Shown here in pieces: positions 19,382 to 28,749 of a stretch of DNA of 64,000 nt (position 1 is the first letter of the stretch; each line of letters starts with the position of its first letter). Below the pieces are notes generated by a model. That model was not told where the DNA came from, searched no databases, and was given only the letters and a program-made list of their open reading frames with translations. The stretch comes from an uncultured Candidatus Binatia bacterium (lineage in GTDB: Bacteria > Desulfobacterota > Binatia > UBA9968 > JAJDTQ01): assembly GCA_958295985.1 (NCBI GenBank), contig OY282432.1, positions 3,928,517-3,992,516 on the forward strand, given 5' to 3'. A program made the translations under genes and the position numbers.

Positions 19382-20473
19382 TTGTTGAGCAGACCAACCG
19401 TAATCGATGCCGACGGGCACGTACAAGAGAAGTATATTCGCTGGGAGGACTACCTGGAAGAGCCCTACCGCTCCCAGGCGCCACGGGTGGTGAAGGACAA
19501 TCACGGGGTGGACTTCCTGATGGTGGAAGGGAAGCTGTGGCCCAAGCCCTCCGGGCCGGGCGTGGGCAACGTCGGCGCCGGCTACAGCCGCCGGCCCCAG
19601 GCCACCACCGGCATGGCGGACCCGGTGCAGCGGCTCGATGACATGGACCTGGAGGGCATCGACACCGCGGTGCTGTTCGGTACGAACGTCTTCCTGAGCC
19701 TGGCCTATTACGAGGACACCGACAACGCGTGCGCCCTGGCCCGGGCCTACAACAACTGGCTCGCGGAGTATTGCAGCCGGGACAGGGACCGCCTCAAGGG
19801 AGTAGCGCTGGTGCCGGTCCAGGAGCCTTTGGAGGCGGCCAGGGAGCTCAGGCGATGCGTCACCGAGCTGGGCTTCGTGGCCGCGGGCACGCCGGCCCAC
19901 TCCTCCAGAGGCGGGAACCTGGACAATCCCGCGCACCGGCCGTTCTTCGCCGCGGCGGAGGAGCTGAACGTACCGGTGTGCATCCACGTGGGCGCGGGCC
20001 GCCCGGCCGCGGGCACCGAGCGCTCCACCAACGCGTTCTTCAACCACGTGATGACCCACCCGTTCGAGCAGATGATCGGCGCCTTGTGCATCGTCGCGGG
20101 AGGGGTGCTGGATGAGTTCCCGCAACTCCGGGTGGCGTTCCTCGAAGCCGGCGCCGGCTGGGTGCCGTACTGGATCGAGCGGATGGACGAGCACTACGAG
20201 TACATGCAGCCGGCGGTGCCGTGGCTCAGGAAGACACCCGGCGAATACATGCGCAGCGAGCAGGTCTTCTACTCGTTCGAGCCGGACGAGCAGACGCTGC
20301 CTTTCGTGCTCGACTTCGTGGGACACGACCGGCTGGTGTTCGCGTCCGACTACAACCACGGCGACTGCAAGTTCCCGCACACGGTGAGCTCCATGCTGGA
20401 GCGCAACGACCTCCCGGAAGGAGCCATGAACCGGATCATGAGCGAGAACGCGCGGCGCCTCTACCGCCTTTAG
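19382..20473 (+). CDS. Amidohydrolase-2 family metal-dependent hydrolase
   Basis: ORF 363 aa with a TTG start: (M)LSRPTVIDADGHVQEKY...VFASDYNHGD...IMSENARRLY. It is a paralogue of the 2251..3345 gene and is divergent from the enolase-family gene. Confidence 0.85.
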   Translation: MLSRPTVIDADGHVQEKYIRWEDYLEEPYRSQAPRVVKDNHGVDFLMVEGKLWPKPSGPGVGNVGAGYSRRPQATTGMADPVQRLDDMDLEGIDTAVLFGTNVFLSLAYYEDTDNACALARAYNNWLAEYCSRDRDRLKGVALVPVQEPLEAARELRRCVTELGFVAAGTPAHSSRGGNLDNPAHRPFFAAAEELNVPVCIHVGAGRPAAGTERSTNAFFNHVMTHPFEQMIGALCIVAGGVLDEFPQLRVAFLEAGAGWVPYWIERMDEHYEYMQPAVPWLRKTPGEYMRSEQVFYSFEPDEQTLPFVLDFVGHDRLVFASDYNHGDCKFPHTVSSMLERNDLPEGAMNRIMSENARRLYRL

Positions 20474-20517
20474 ACGGTTCGCTCAGCGGATGCCGCAGGT
20501 CGGCATCGGGAGTCGCC

Positions 20518-21543
20518 ATGCAAAGCAACAAGGTCTGCATCCCGGCGCCGCACAAACTCTCGGTGGGGCGGGACGTGCTGGAGGAAGCAGGTTGCGAGCT
20601 CGTGTTGGGGATGGACCAGGACGAGTATCCCAAGCACCGTTACACGGAAGACGAACTGGTGAAGCTCGTGGGCGACAGCGACGCCATCTGGGCCGCCCAG
20701 CGGGACCTCTTTACCGGCGCGGTGCTGGCCCGGTGCCCGAAACTCCGGGCGGTGATCAAGGCCGCCATCGGCTACGAGACCATCGACGTGGACGCCGCCA
20801 CCGAGCTCGGCATCCTGGTGTGCAACAGCCCGGCCCGGGAGAACTTCACCGGCGTGGCGGAGGCCACCGTCGGGCTCATCTCCATGCTGTTCAAGCGGCT
20901 GGTGCACAATCAGCAGCTCCTGCGCGAAGGGCGCTGGAAACGGAACGAGCACCGGGGCAACCTCATGGCCGGCCGCACCATCGGCATCGTCGGCCTGGGG
21001 CGGGTGGGCAAGGAGACCGCCAAGCGGCTCGGCCCCTGGGAGATGCGGCTCATCGCCTGCGACCCCTACATCACCCAGGAGTCGGTGCAGCACCTCGGCG
21101 TGGAGCTGGTCTCGCTGGACACCCTGCTCCGGGAATCCGACCTTGTGACTTGTCACACGCCCCTGACCGACGAGACGCGCCGGCTCATCACCATGACCGA
21201 GCTCAAGAAGATGAAGCCCACCGCCTACCTGGTCAACACGTCCCGGGGCGGCGTGGTCAAGCAGGAGGACCTGGTGCAGGCGCTGAACGACGGGGTCATC
21301 GCCGGCGCCGCCCTGGATGTCTTCGAGGAAGAGCCGCTGCCCATGTCGGACCCCATCCGCCAGGTGGACCCCGAGCGGCTCATCATGACCCCGCACATCA
21401 TCGGCACCAACCCGCAGTCCCAGGTCTCCGGGGAACGCATGGCCGCCCGGAGCATCCTCGCGGTGCTGGCGGGGCAGGTGCCGGAGACCGTGGTCAACCC
21501 GGCGTGCGTGGATGTCTGGAGAGAACGGTTCAGCGCCCGTTGA
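20518..21543 (+). CDS. D-isomer-specific 2-hydroxyacid dehydrogenase family, NAD-binding
   Basis: Lies inside ORF 20221..21543 with ATG at 20518. It has the Rossmann motif GIVGLGRVGKETAKRL and the catalytic region ...LVNTSRGGVV...ALDVFEEEP...TPHIIG. Confidence 0.85.
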   Translation: MQSNKVCIPAPHKLSVGRDVLEEAGCELVLGMDQDEYPKHRYTEDELVKLVGDSDAIWAAQRDLFTGAVLARCPKLRAVIKAAIGYETIDVDAATELGILVCNSPARENFTGVAEATVGLISMLFKRLVHNQQLLREGRWKRNEHRGNLMAGRTIGIVGLGRVGKETAKRLGPWEMRLIACDPYITQESVQHLGVELVSLDTLLRESDLVTCHTPLTDETRRLITMTELKKMKPTAYLVNTSRGGVVKQEDLVQALNDGVIAGAALDVFEEEPLPMSDPIRQVDPERLIMTPHIIGTNPQSQVSGERMAARSILAVLAGQVPETVVNPACVDVWRERFSAR

Positions 21544-21561
21544 AACGATTGGAGGAAGCTC

Positions 21562-22380
21562 GTGTCGGACAAGGAAACCATCATCGAAGAGATTTCCGAG
21601 GAAACGGGGGTCGCGTGGATCACCCTCAACCGCCCTGAGCGGAAGAACGCGCTGAGCCGGAAGCTGCTGGCAGAGCTGGCCGACAGCCTCAAGACCCTGT
21701 CGGTGAACGACAACATCCGCTGCATCGTCACCACCGGAGCCGGCAACGCCTACAGTTCGGGGCTGGACCTGTACGATCTGCGGGCCTCCTGGCAGGGCAA
21801 GCGCCGGCTCTACGAAGGCGGGTCGGCACGGGAAATCGTGACACTGCTGCGCCAATGCCCCCAGGTCACCGTGGCCGCGGTCAACGGCTGGGCCCTGGGG
21901 GGCGGGCTGGTGCTGGTGAACGGCCATGACCTGGCCATCGCCGCGGACACGGCACAGTTCGGCATGCCGGAGATCATCCGCGGAAGCTACGGCGCCACCG
22001 CAACGCCGACCCTTTTCCGGAGCGGCATTCCGTTCAAGAAGGCTTTCTACATTCAGCTCACCGGGGAGAACGTCGCCGGCGTCGAGGCCGAGCGCCTCGG
22101 CCTGGTGTCGAAGACGGTGCCGGAAGGGGAGCTCATCCCCTTCGTCCGGGAGTTTGCCGCCACCATCGCCAGCCGCCACCCGGCAACCCTGGAGCACGCC
22201 AAGATCGCCGCCTACACGGCCATGGACCTGGACAACCACCGAGGGCTTCTGGTGGACGAGATTATCTCCCACCGCATGCGCGTGTACACCAACCCGCTGA
22301 ACGACGTCGAGGGTTACCTGCAATCGCAGAAGGGCGGCGGCAACGTGACCTACGAGAAGCCGGACGCGAAGAAGTCGTAG
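21562..22380 (+). CDS. Enoyl-CoA hydratase/isomerase (crotonase) family protein
   Basis: ORF 272 aa with a GTG start, reading ...VAWITLNRPERKNALS...IVTTGAGNAYSSGLDL...VAAVNGWALGGG.... Confidence 0.85.
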   Translation: MSDKETIIEEISEETGVAWITLNRPERKNALSRKLLAELADSLKTLSVNDNIRCIVTTGAGNAYSSGLDLYDLRASWQGKRRLYEGGSAREIVTLLRQCPQVTVAAVNGWALGGGLVLVNGHDLAIAADTAQFGMPEIIRGSYGATATPTLFRSGIPFKKAFYIQLTGENVAGVEAERLGLVSKTVPEGELIPFVREFAATIASRHPATLEHAKIAAYTAMDLDNHRGLLVDEIISHRMRVYTNPLNDVEGYLQSQKGGGNVTYEKPDAKKS

Positions 22381-22396
22381 GGGCGGGGAGAGCGCC

Positions 22397-24835
22397 GTGG
22401 CAAAGGACCGGTCAGACACCCCCGACCCTGCCCCTCGGTTGCTGGAGGGGTACCGCGCGTTGGACCTCACCGACCGCCAGGGGCAGTTGTGCGGCCGCTT
22501 CCTGGCCGACCTCGGGGTGGAGGTGCTGAAGATCGAGCCGCCGGGCGGGGACCCGGTCAGGAGCCTGCCTCCCTTTGCCGGGGGAATCAGCGTGGCGTTC
22601 GCCCATCTCAACGCCAACAAGAGTACGCTGGAACTGGATCTCCAGCTTCCGCAACACCGCGACCGGCTGAGGACGCTGGTCGCCGGCGCCGATATCCTGA
22701 TCGAAAGCCACCCGCCGGAATGGCTGGCCGGGCTGGAGCTGGACTACCCGCGGCTCAGGGAGATCAACCCGGCCCTCATCATGGCCTCCGTCACGGGGTT
22801 CGGCCAGTGGGGTCCCCACAGCCGCTTTGCGTACAACGATCTCGTGGTGTTCGCCATGTGCGGGCTGATGTCCATCTCCGGCGACCCGGACGGGCCCCCG
22901 TGCGCGCCGCCCGAGACCCAAGCCTATTACTTCGGCAGCCTCATGGCCGCGCTCGGCATCGTCGCGGCGCTGCACCGGCGCGAACGCACGGGCGCCGGCG
23001 ACTGGATCGACGTGTCCATGCAGGAGGCGCTGGCCACCCAGGAACACATGGTCCGGCTCTATGCCAACGAGCGGGAGATCCACACGCGCGCCGGAAGCCA
23101 GCACCAGCACGTGGCGCCCGCCAGGATCTTTCCCTGCCGCGACGGCTATGTGTACCTCTACGTCAGCCGGCAGCACTGGAAGAAGTTCCTGGAGATCTGG
23201 CCCGATCATCCCAAGGAGTTCGAGGCGCCCGAATACCTCAACAACGTCTTCCGGCGCGCCCAGGCCGGCGTCATCAATCCGGCCGTCAGCGAGTTCACCC
23301 GGCGTCAGTCCGCGGAAGAACTGACCCGCCATCTGCAGTCCAATCACATCCCGTGCCTGCCGGTGAACCGCCCGCTGGGTTTCCTGCGGGACCCGCACGT
23401 GGAAGGACGGCACTTCGTTCAGGAGGTGCCGTACCCGGGCGGGACCTCGTTGATCCAGCCCGCCCTTCCCTGCCGGTTCAGTGGATCGAGACCGCGCGTG
23501 ACGTCTCCGCAGCCCCTCCGAAAGGATGCGGAGGAGGCCTGGTCCGCGACGGGAAACCCCGGCCGGGGCGCGGGCAACGGGAACCGAGGCGTGGCCACCG
23601 GGCCCGGACAACGCCACGGCGACGGCCAGGGCCTGCCGCTGGAGGGCATGCGGGTGCTGAGCTTCGACCACGTGCTGGCCGGCCCCTTCGGCATGATGCT
23701 GCTGGCGGATCTGGGAGCCGAGGTCCTCAAGGTGGAATCCGGCAAGGGCGGGCTCGACCCCTTCCGTTTCTTCGGCACCGGAGAGGACCCCAACGCGTCG
23801 CCACGCTTCCTGGAGTTCAACCGGAACAAGCGCTCCATCACCGTCGATCTGAAGCATCCGGAAGGACCCGGGCTGATCCGGGAGCTGGCGCGGCACTGCG
23901 ACCTGGTGGTGAACAACTTCGCCGTGCGCGTCCTGCCGGGCCTCGGACTCGACTACGCGCACCTGGTGGAGCACAAGCCCGACATCGTGACACTCGGAAT
24001 GCCCGGACTCGGCGCCACCGGCCCCAAGAAGGACTCCCTGACCCTAGGCACCATCATCACCGCGTTCACCGGTTTCACCTCCCTGTGGAACGAATCGGCG
24101 GAGGTGGACCCGCCGGTGGGATCCGGCACCGTGCTGCCGGACTACGTGTCCGGGGTCATGGGCGCGATCCTGTCCGTGGCGGCGACCCTCTACCGCCGAC
24201 GCACCGGCCACGGGCTGGACATGGATCTGGCCCAGGCGGAAGCGGCAGCCTTCCTCATCGGCGCCGCCATGATCCAGGGCGCCAACACGGAGACCGAGCC
24301 GGCGCCCGTGGGGAACCGGTCCCCCTACCACTCGCCCTACGGGATCTACGCCTGCAAGGGGGAGGACCGCTGGTGCGTCATCGCCACCGAGGACGGCGCC
24401 CAGTGGCTCAGGCTGACGGCGGCCATGGAGCGGCCGGAACTGGCCGACGACGCGCGGTTCCGGAGCCCGGCGGACCGGATTCGCAACCGGGAGGAGCTGG
24501 ACGCCGTCATCAAGGACTGGACCCGCACCCGCGACTGCCACGAGGTGATGAAGCGGCTCCAGGCGGACGGGGTCCCGTGCGGCGCGGTCCAGAACGGCGC
24601 CGACCTGGTCAACGACCCGCATCTCCGGGCGCGCGGCTTTCTCGGGACCCACGACAACCCGCGCTTCGGACGCCTCACCCTCCCCTGCCTCCCCATCCGC
24701 TTCACCCAGAGCGACATGGCCCAGGACTGGGTCTTCCCGGAACTCGGCCGGGACACGGACCGCACCCTGCGCGACGTGCTCGGCTACGACGAGGCGCGCA
24801 TCCGGCAACTCCGCGACGACGGGGCGCTGGAGTGA
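22397..24835 (+). CDS. Tandem fusion of two family III (CaiB/BaiF/Frc-type) CoA-transferase modules
   Basis: ORF 812 aa. Module 1 starts LLEGYRALDLTDRQGQLCGRFLADLGVEVLKIEPPGGDP. Module 2 starts LPLEGMRVLSFDHVLAGPFGMMLLADLGAEVLKVES after a Gly/Arg/Asn-rich linker. Confidence 0.85.
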   Translation: MAKDRSDTPDPAPRLLEGYRALDLTDRQGQLCGRFLADLGVEVLKIEPPGGDPVRSLPPFAGGISVAFAHLNANKSTLELDLQLPQHRDRLRTLVAGADILIESHPPEWLAGLELDYPRLREINPALIMASVTGFGQWGPHSRFAYNDLVVFAMCGLMSISGDPDGPPCAPPETQAYYFGSLMAALGIVAALHRRERTGAGDWIDVSMQEALATQEHMVRLYANEREIHTRAGSQHQHVAPARIFPCRDGYVYLYVSRQHWKKFLEIWPDHPKEFEAPEYLNNVFRRAQAGVINPAVSEFTRRQSAEELTRHLQSNHIPCLPVNRPLGFLRDPHVEGRHFVQEVPYPGGTSLIQPALPCRFSGSRPRVTSPQPLRKDAEEAWSATGNPGRGAGNGNRGVATGPGQRHGDGQGLPLEGMRVLSFDHVLAGPFGMMLLADLGAEVLKVESGKGGLDPFRFFGTGEDPNASPRFLEFNRNKRSITVDLKHPEGPGLIRELARHCDLVVNNFAVRVLPGLGLDYAHLVEHKPDIVTLGMPGLGATGPKKDSLTLGTIITAFTGFTSLWNESAEVDPPVGSGTVLPDYVSGVMGAILSVAATLYRRRTGHGLDMDLAQAEAAAFLIGAAMIQGANTETEPAPVGNRSPYHSPYGIYACKGEDRWCVIATEDGAQWLRLTAAMERPELADDARFRSPADRIRNREELDAVIKDWTRTRDCHEVMKRLQADGVPCGAVQNGADLVNDPHLRARGFLGTHDNPRFGRLTLPCLPIRFTQSDMAQDWVFPELGRDTDRTLRDVLGYDEARIRQLRDDGALE

Positions 24836-24970
24836 CGCAGGCACGCCGGGGCACACCGCTCGCCACCGTTCCTCTCACGCACTCAGGATTCGAATCCGTC
24901 ATTCCCGAGCGCGTCAACACTCCGTTTACAAAAGAGGCGAAGACCCTCCGAAAGCCCGCGCCATGGTGGG

Positions 24971-26692
24971 TCACACCTGCAGGCTGTAGCGCCGGGTGAG
25001 GCGGTGGAACAGGACGGCCAGGACCACGGTGCCCGCGGTGACGCCGAGGCTGAACGCGGCCAGGGTGCTGACGTTGCCGTTCTCCCACAGCTCCCAGATG
25101 ATCACGGCGATGACCTGCGAGCCCGGGCTGTAGAGCAGCAGGGCCACCGACAGCTCGCGGATGGTGATGAGGAAGATGTAGATCCAGCCGGCAAAGAGCG
25201 CGGGCATCATCAACGGCACGACGATCTTCCACGCCACCTGGCCCCAGGTGGCGCCGCTCGTGGTGGCGCTCTCCTCCAGCTCCCGGTGGATGCCCAGCAG
25301 CCCGGCGTGACTGAAGCGGATGGCGTAGGGAAGATACCGCGGGACGAACGCCAGCACCATGATCCAAATGGTGCCGTACACCGGCAGCGGCACGGTCAGG
25401 TACATCTTGAGGATCGCAACGCCCATGACGATGCCGGGGAACACCAGCGGCAGCATGGCCAGTTGGTCCAGGCTCCAGCGCCAGCGGATGTTGGTTCGGG
25501 CCACGAGCCACACCGTCACGAAGGCCAGGAACATGGCCGCGGTGGCCGACGTGAAGCTGATGGTGAGGCTGTTGAGCACGGAACGCAGGATGGTGTCGTT
25601 GCTAAAGGCGGTGACGTAGTTTTCGAGAGTCAGGTTTCCCAGCGCTGCCATGGAAGGGGCCTGGAGATAGGGCACGAGCGACGACCAGAGCATGGCGCCG
25701 ATGGGCAGCACCTGCAGGAACGGCAGCACCAGCAGCACGGTTCCGCCCAGCCAGCGCAACCGGCCCAGGTCCTTGCGCCGGGGGTTGAAGCCCTTGCCGG
25801 TTACCGTGGTGAAGCGGTGGGCGTGCTGCGTCACCCGGTAGTAGGGCACCATGGCCAGGGCCACCAGCGCGATGAGCAGCACGGAGTAGGCGCTGGCGTT
25901 GCCGTACTCCGGCAGATAGCCGTCGGTCAGTTGGAGATAGATCTCGGTGGTGAACACTTCGACGCCCGCCGGGATGCCGATAAGGGCGGGGATCTCGAAG
26001 GCCTCCAGCGTGCGGATGAACGTGAGGATCAACACCGACAGGACGCTGGGCGTGGCCATGGGCAGGGTCACCCGCTTGAACACCTGCCAATCGGTGCTTC
26101 CGGCCACCACCGCCGCCTCCTCCAGCGAAGGGTCCATGGACCGGAACGGCGTCGCCATGAGCAGGAACACGATGGGCAGCCAGAGAAAGCCCTCGGTCAG
26201 GATCATCCCCTCCATGGAGAAGACATCGAAGAAGGGACCCATGCCCGTGACCGAGCTCACGGCGACGTTGAGGAAGCCGGCCTTGGGGCCCAGCAGCAGG
26301 ATCCAGCCGATGACCTTGACGATGCCCGGGATCGCGAACGAGACGAAAGCCGACACGTAGGCCACCGCGCGGAAGGGAGCGTTGGTGCGCTCCGCCAGCC
26401 ACGCCAAAAGCGTGCCCAGCAGCAGCGACCACATGGCGCTGCCGAAAGAGAAGACGAAGGAATTCCAGGAAAGCAGCGCGAAGTCCGGGAACGACTCGAA
26501 GATCTCGAGGAAGTGGGTGATGGTGAAGCCGCCGACGTCGGCGCCGCGCTCCACCGTGAGGCTGAAGTAGCCGATGAAGAACAGCGGCGGCACCACCAGG
26601 TAGAGCAGCGCCGCCGCCAGCGGCACGAACAGCCACAAGGGATATCCCCGGCTGCGGTTTCTCAGACCGGTAAGGGTGGCTACGAGTTGCAA
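24971..26692 (-). CDS. ABC importer permease with two fused transmembrane domains (iron(III)/polyamine-type)
   Basis: ORF 573 aa, multi-TM, with two EAA-type loops (e.g. ...FRSMDPSLEEAAVVAGSTDWQVFKRVTLP... and ...IHRELEESATTSGATWGQVAWKIVVP...). Confidence 0.85.
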   Translation of the reverse strand: MQLVATLTGLRNRSRGYPLWLFVPLAAALLYLVVPPLFFIGYFSLTVERGADVGGFTITHFLEIFESFPDFALLSWNSFVFSFGSAMWSLLLGTLLAWLAERTNAPFRAVAYVSAFVSFAIPGIVKVIGWILLLGPKAGFLNVAVSSVTGMGPFFDVFSMEGMILTEGFLWLPIVFLLMATPFRSMDPSLEEAAVVAGSTDWQVFKRVTLPMATPSVLSVLILTFIRTLEAFEIPALIGIPAGVEVFTTEIYLQLTDGYLPEYGNASAYSVLLIALVALAMVPYYRVTQHAHRFTTVTGKGFNPRRKDLGRLRWLGGTVLLVLPFLQVLPIGAMLWSSLVPYLQAPSMAALGNLTLENYVTAFSNDTILRSVLNSLTISFTSATAAMFLAFVTVWLVARTNIRWRWSLDQLAMLPLVFPGIVMGVAILKMYLTVPLPVYGTIWIMVLAFVPRYLPYAIRFSHAGLLGIHRELEESATTSGATWGQVAWKIVVPLMMPALFAGWIYIFLITIRELSVALLLYSPGSQVIAVIIWELWENGNVSTLAAFSLGVTAGTVVLAVLFHRLTRRYSLQV

Positions 26693-26785
26693 GCCAGCTT
26701 TCGATACGACGCCGGGAAGCGGGGCGGCGCTTCCCGGCGTGTCACGGGCAACGGGTCATGATATCGGACGCACCGGCGCTCGCCC

Positions 26786-27829
26786 CTACTTCCGGCCGAT
26801 GGCGGTGAGCTTCTTGTTCCAACCCTTTTCCGCCTTGAGGTACTGCTCGCGGGTCATGCCGCCCTCGGGATACCACCGCTTGAAGCCGGGGTCCTTCCAG
26901 GCGCTGCCGTTGTGGTGCTCCTGAAGGATCTTCTGCCCCTCGGGCCCCAGGACGAAATCGGCCATCAGCAGCGCCGCGTGCGGGTGAGGGGCATCCTTGG
27001 AGATGGCGAAGCCCCCGGCATTGGCCACGACGATTTCCATGGGCAGCCACTCGATGGGGGCGCCCTTGGCAATGGCGGTGACGGCGTGGTTCCGGTAGGT
27101 GCTGAACGAGACGCCGACTTCGCCGGAGACCACCATGTCCAGCAGCGCCCGGCCGGAAACCGCGTGCAGGCTCACTTCCTGCGCCTTGAGCCTGTCGGCG
27201 AACTCCTCGCCCTTGACCTCGATCAGGGCGCCGATGGCGCGTTTGCCGCTGGAGGTGGTGGCAAGACCGATCTTTCCCTTGAGCGCCGGATGCACCAGGC
27301 CGCCGAAACCCCTGGGGACGGCGTCGGGCGGGATCGCCTTCTTGTTGTAGGTCAGGGACATGTAGGACTCGCGGTCCGTGGTCCAATAGACCAGCCCCTT
27401 GCCTGCCGTGTGCTTGGCGATGTCGGGATAAGTGCCCAGCCGCGGCGAGGTGTACGGCGCCAGGAGCTTGGCGTCCCTCACGATCATCAAGGTCGGCGGC
27501 GTGGTTTCCAGCACGTCGAAGATGTGCCGGCCCGACTCCGCCTCACCGAAGACGCGCGGCAGCAGCCGCTTGCTGCTACCCCTGAAGGCCTCCACCTGGA
27601 TGCCGTATTTCTCCTGGAACGCCTTGGCCAGGGCCTTGTAGTTGGTCCCGGCCATGGAGGTGTACCAGACCAGTTTGCCTTCCTTCCTGGCCTCTGCCAG
27701 GAGCGTCTGCTCGCGGTCCTTTCCCAGGGACCTGGACAGCTCGGTGACGTTGGCGGCGTTGAGCGCGGGCGCCCAGGCGAACAGCACGCCGGCCATCAAA
27801 CCGAGCAGCGCGCGTGAACCGTATCTCAT
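26786..27829 (-). CDS. ABC transporter periplasmic substrate-binding protein
   Basis: Lies inside ORF 26786..28252. ATG at 27829 gives the signal peptide MRYGSRALLGLMAGVLFAWAPALNA. The sequence ...KLVWYTSMAGTNYKALAKAFQEKYGIQVEAFRGSS... is typical of Fe3+/polyamine-type SBPs. Confidence 0.8.
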   Translation of the reverse strand: MRYGSRALLGLMAGVLFAWAPALNAANVTELSRSLGKDREQTLLAEARKEGKLVWYTSMAGTNYKALAKAFQEKYGIQVEAFRGSSKRLLPRVFGEAESGRHIFDVLETTPPTLMIVRDAKLLAPYTSPRLGTYPDIAKHTAGKGLVYWTTDRESYMSLTYNKKAIPPDAVPRGFGGLVHPALKGKIGLATTSSGKRAIGALIEVKGEEFADRLKAQEVSLHAVSGRALLDMVVSGEVGVSFSTYRNHAVTAIAKGAPIEWLPMEIVVANAGGFAISKDAPHPHAALLMADFVLGPEGQKILQEHHNGSAWKDPGFKRWYPEGGMTREQYLKAEKGWNKKLTAIGRK

Positions 27830-27911
27830 GACATCCCTCCTCTCGAAGGCGACCTCCGGAAGCCTGTCCGCGGGTCGGGCCAGCCGTTCTGACGCGGGGA
27901 ACCCTACCCCT

Positions 27912-28682
27912 TCATGGTTCGTAGGACAAGGACGAACGGACCAGGTTGCTGATGCGCCGGTGCATGGGGTTGCGGAGCTCCTCACCGATGTGGGCCATGG
28001 CGCCCAGGGTACGGCCGATGAGGGCGAAGGCCTTGGCCATCTGCCACTGGAGCCCCATGTCCGAAGCGATGGCGGCGATGGCGCCGGTGACGTTGATGGG
28101 GAGGCGCCGGTTGTGGCGCGCCTCCGCGGCCTTGCCGACTTCCTCCAGGAGCTCGCAGTAGCGTCCGCGCACTCCCGTCTCCGCGGCGATCTCGTACAGC
28201 CGGTCGGCGCGTGGATCACCCTCGGAGTGGGTCGCGTGGCCGATGCCGGCAACCCGCTGCTTGCGGTTGGCGTGGTCTTCCACCACCCCCCGGGCCACGG
28301 CGGCCAGGTCCGCGTCGCCGCTGTCCAGGGGCAGCGCGTCCTGCAGCATCTTGGCGCAGTATTCCGACGAGCCCAGGTGGACGCTGCCGGCGCCCAGCAG
28401 CGCCGCGGCCACGGCCCCCTGAATCGCCTCAGGCGCCGTGGACACCGTGAGGCGGGCCGCGACGATATTGCCCACCATGCCGTGCTCCACCAGGACGTTG
28501 AGCAAGGCGTCGGTCATCCGCCCCTCGTCCTCGGTGGGAACCCGTCCCACCAGCATCAGATACGTCATCTGTCCGAAGCTGAGCTTGCCGAGTATGTCCT
28601 GGGTCAGGTCGATGTTGCGGACCAGGACCCGGTGCAGCTCGGCCTTGCCCAAACCGGTTACGATCTTGGTGTCGTCAGTCAT
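27912..28682 (-). CDS. Citrate-synthase-fold protein, citryl-CoA-lyase-like
   Basis: Lies inside ORF 27912..28733 with ATG at 28682. The motif ...VAGIGHATHSEGDPRA...INVTGAIAAI... is the H-x-x-x-DPR / His motif of short citrate-synthase-like lyases. The family call is from memory. Confidence 0.65.
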   Translation of the reverse strand: MTDDTKIVTGLGKAELHRVLVRNIDLTQDILGKLSFGQMTYLMLVGRVPTEDEGRMTDALLNVLVEHGMVGNIVAARLTVSTAPEAIQGAVAAALLGAGSVHLGSSEYCAKMLQDALPLDSGDADLAAVARGVVEDHANRKQRVAGIGHATHSEGDPRADRLYEIAAETGVRGRYCELLEEVGKAAEARHNRRLPINVTGAIAAIASDMGLQWQMAKAFALIGRTLGAMAHIGEELRNPMHRRISNLVRSSLSYEP

Positions 28683-28749
28683 TGAGGTCTCCCTGTGTTG
28701 CCGGAGCCAGGCCGGAACACGGCCGGGGCGCAAGGCCGGCGGTCCGGCG

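Noticed and set aside
18083-20380. 765-aa minus-strand ORF
   Set aside because: It is chimeric. Only the C-terminal 394 aa (from ATG 19267) are an enolase-family protein. The N-terminal part is the antisense shadow of the plus-strand amidohydrolase gene.
24876-24905. GGATTCGAATCC, reminiscent of a tRNA T-arm or an att site derived from a tRNA 3' end
   Set aside because: It is just a 12-bp palindrome. I could not build a 5-bp T-stem/7-nt loop or an acceptor stem around it, and no integrase is nearby.
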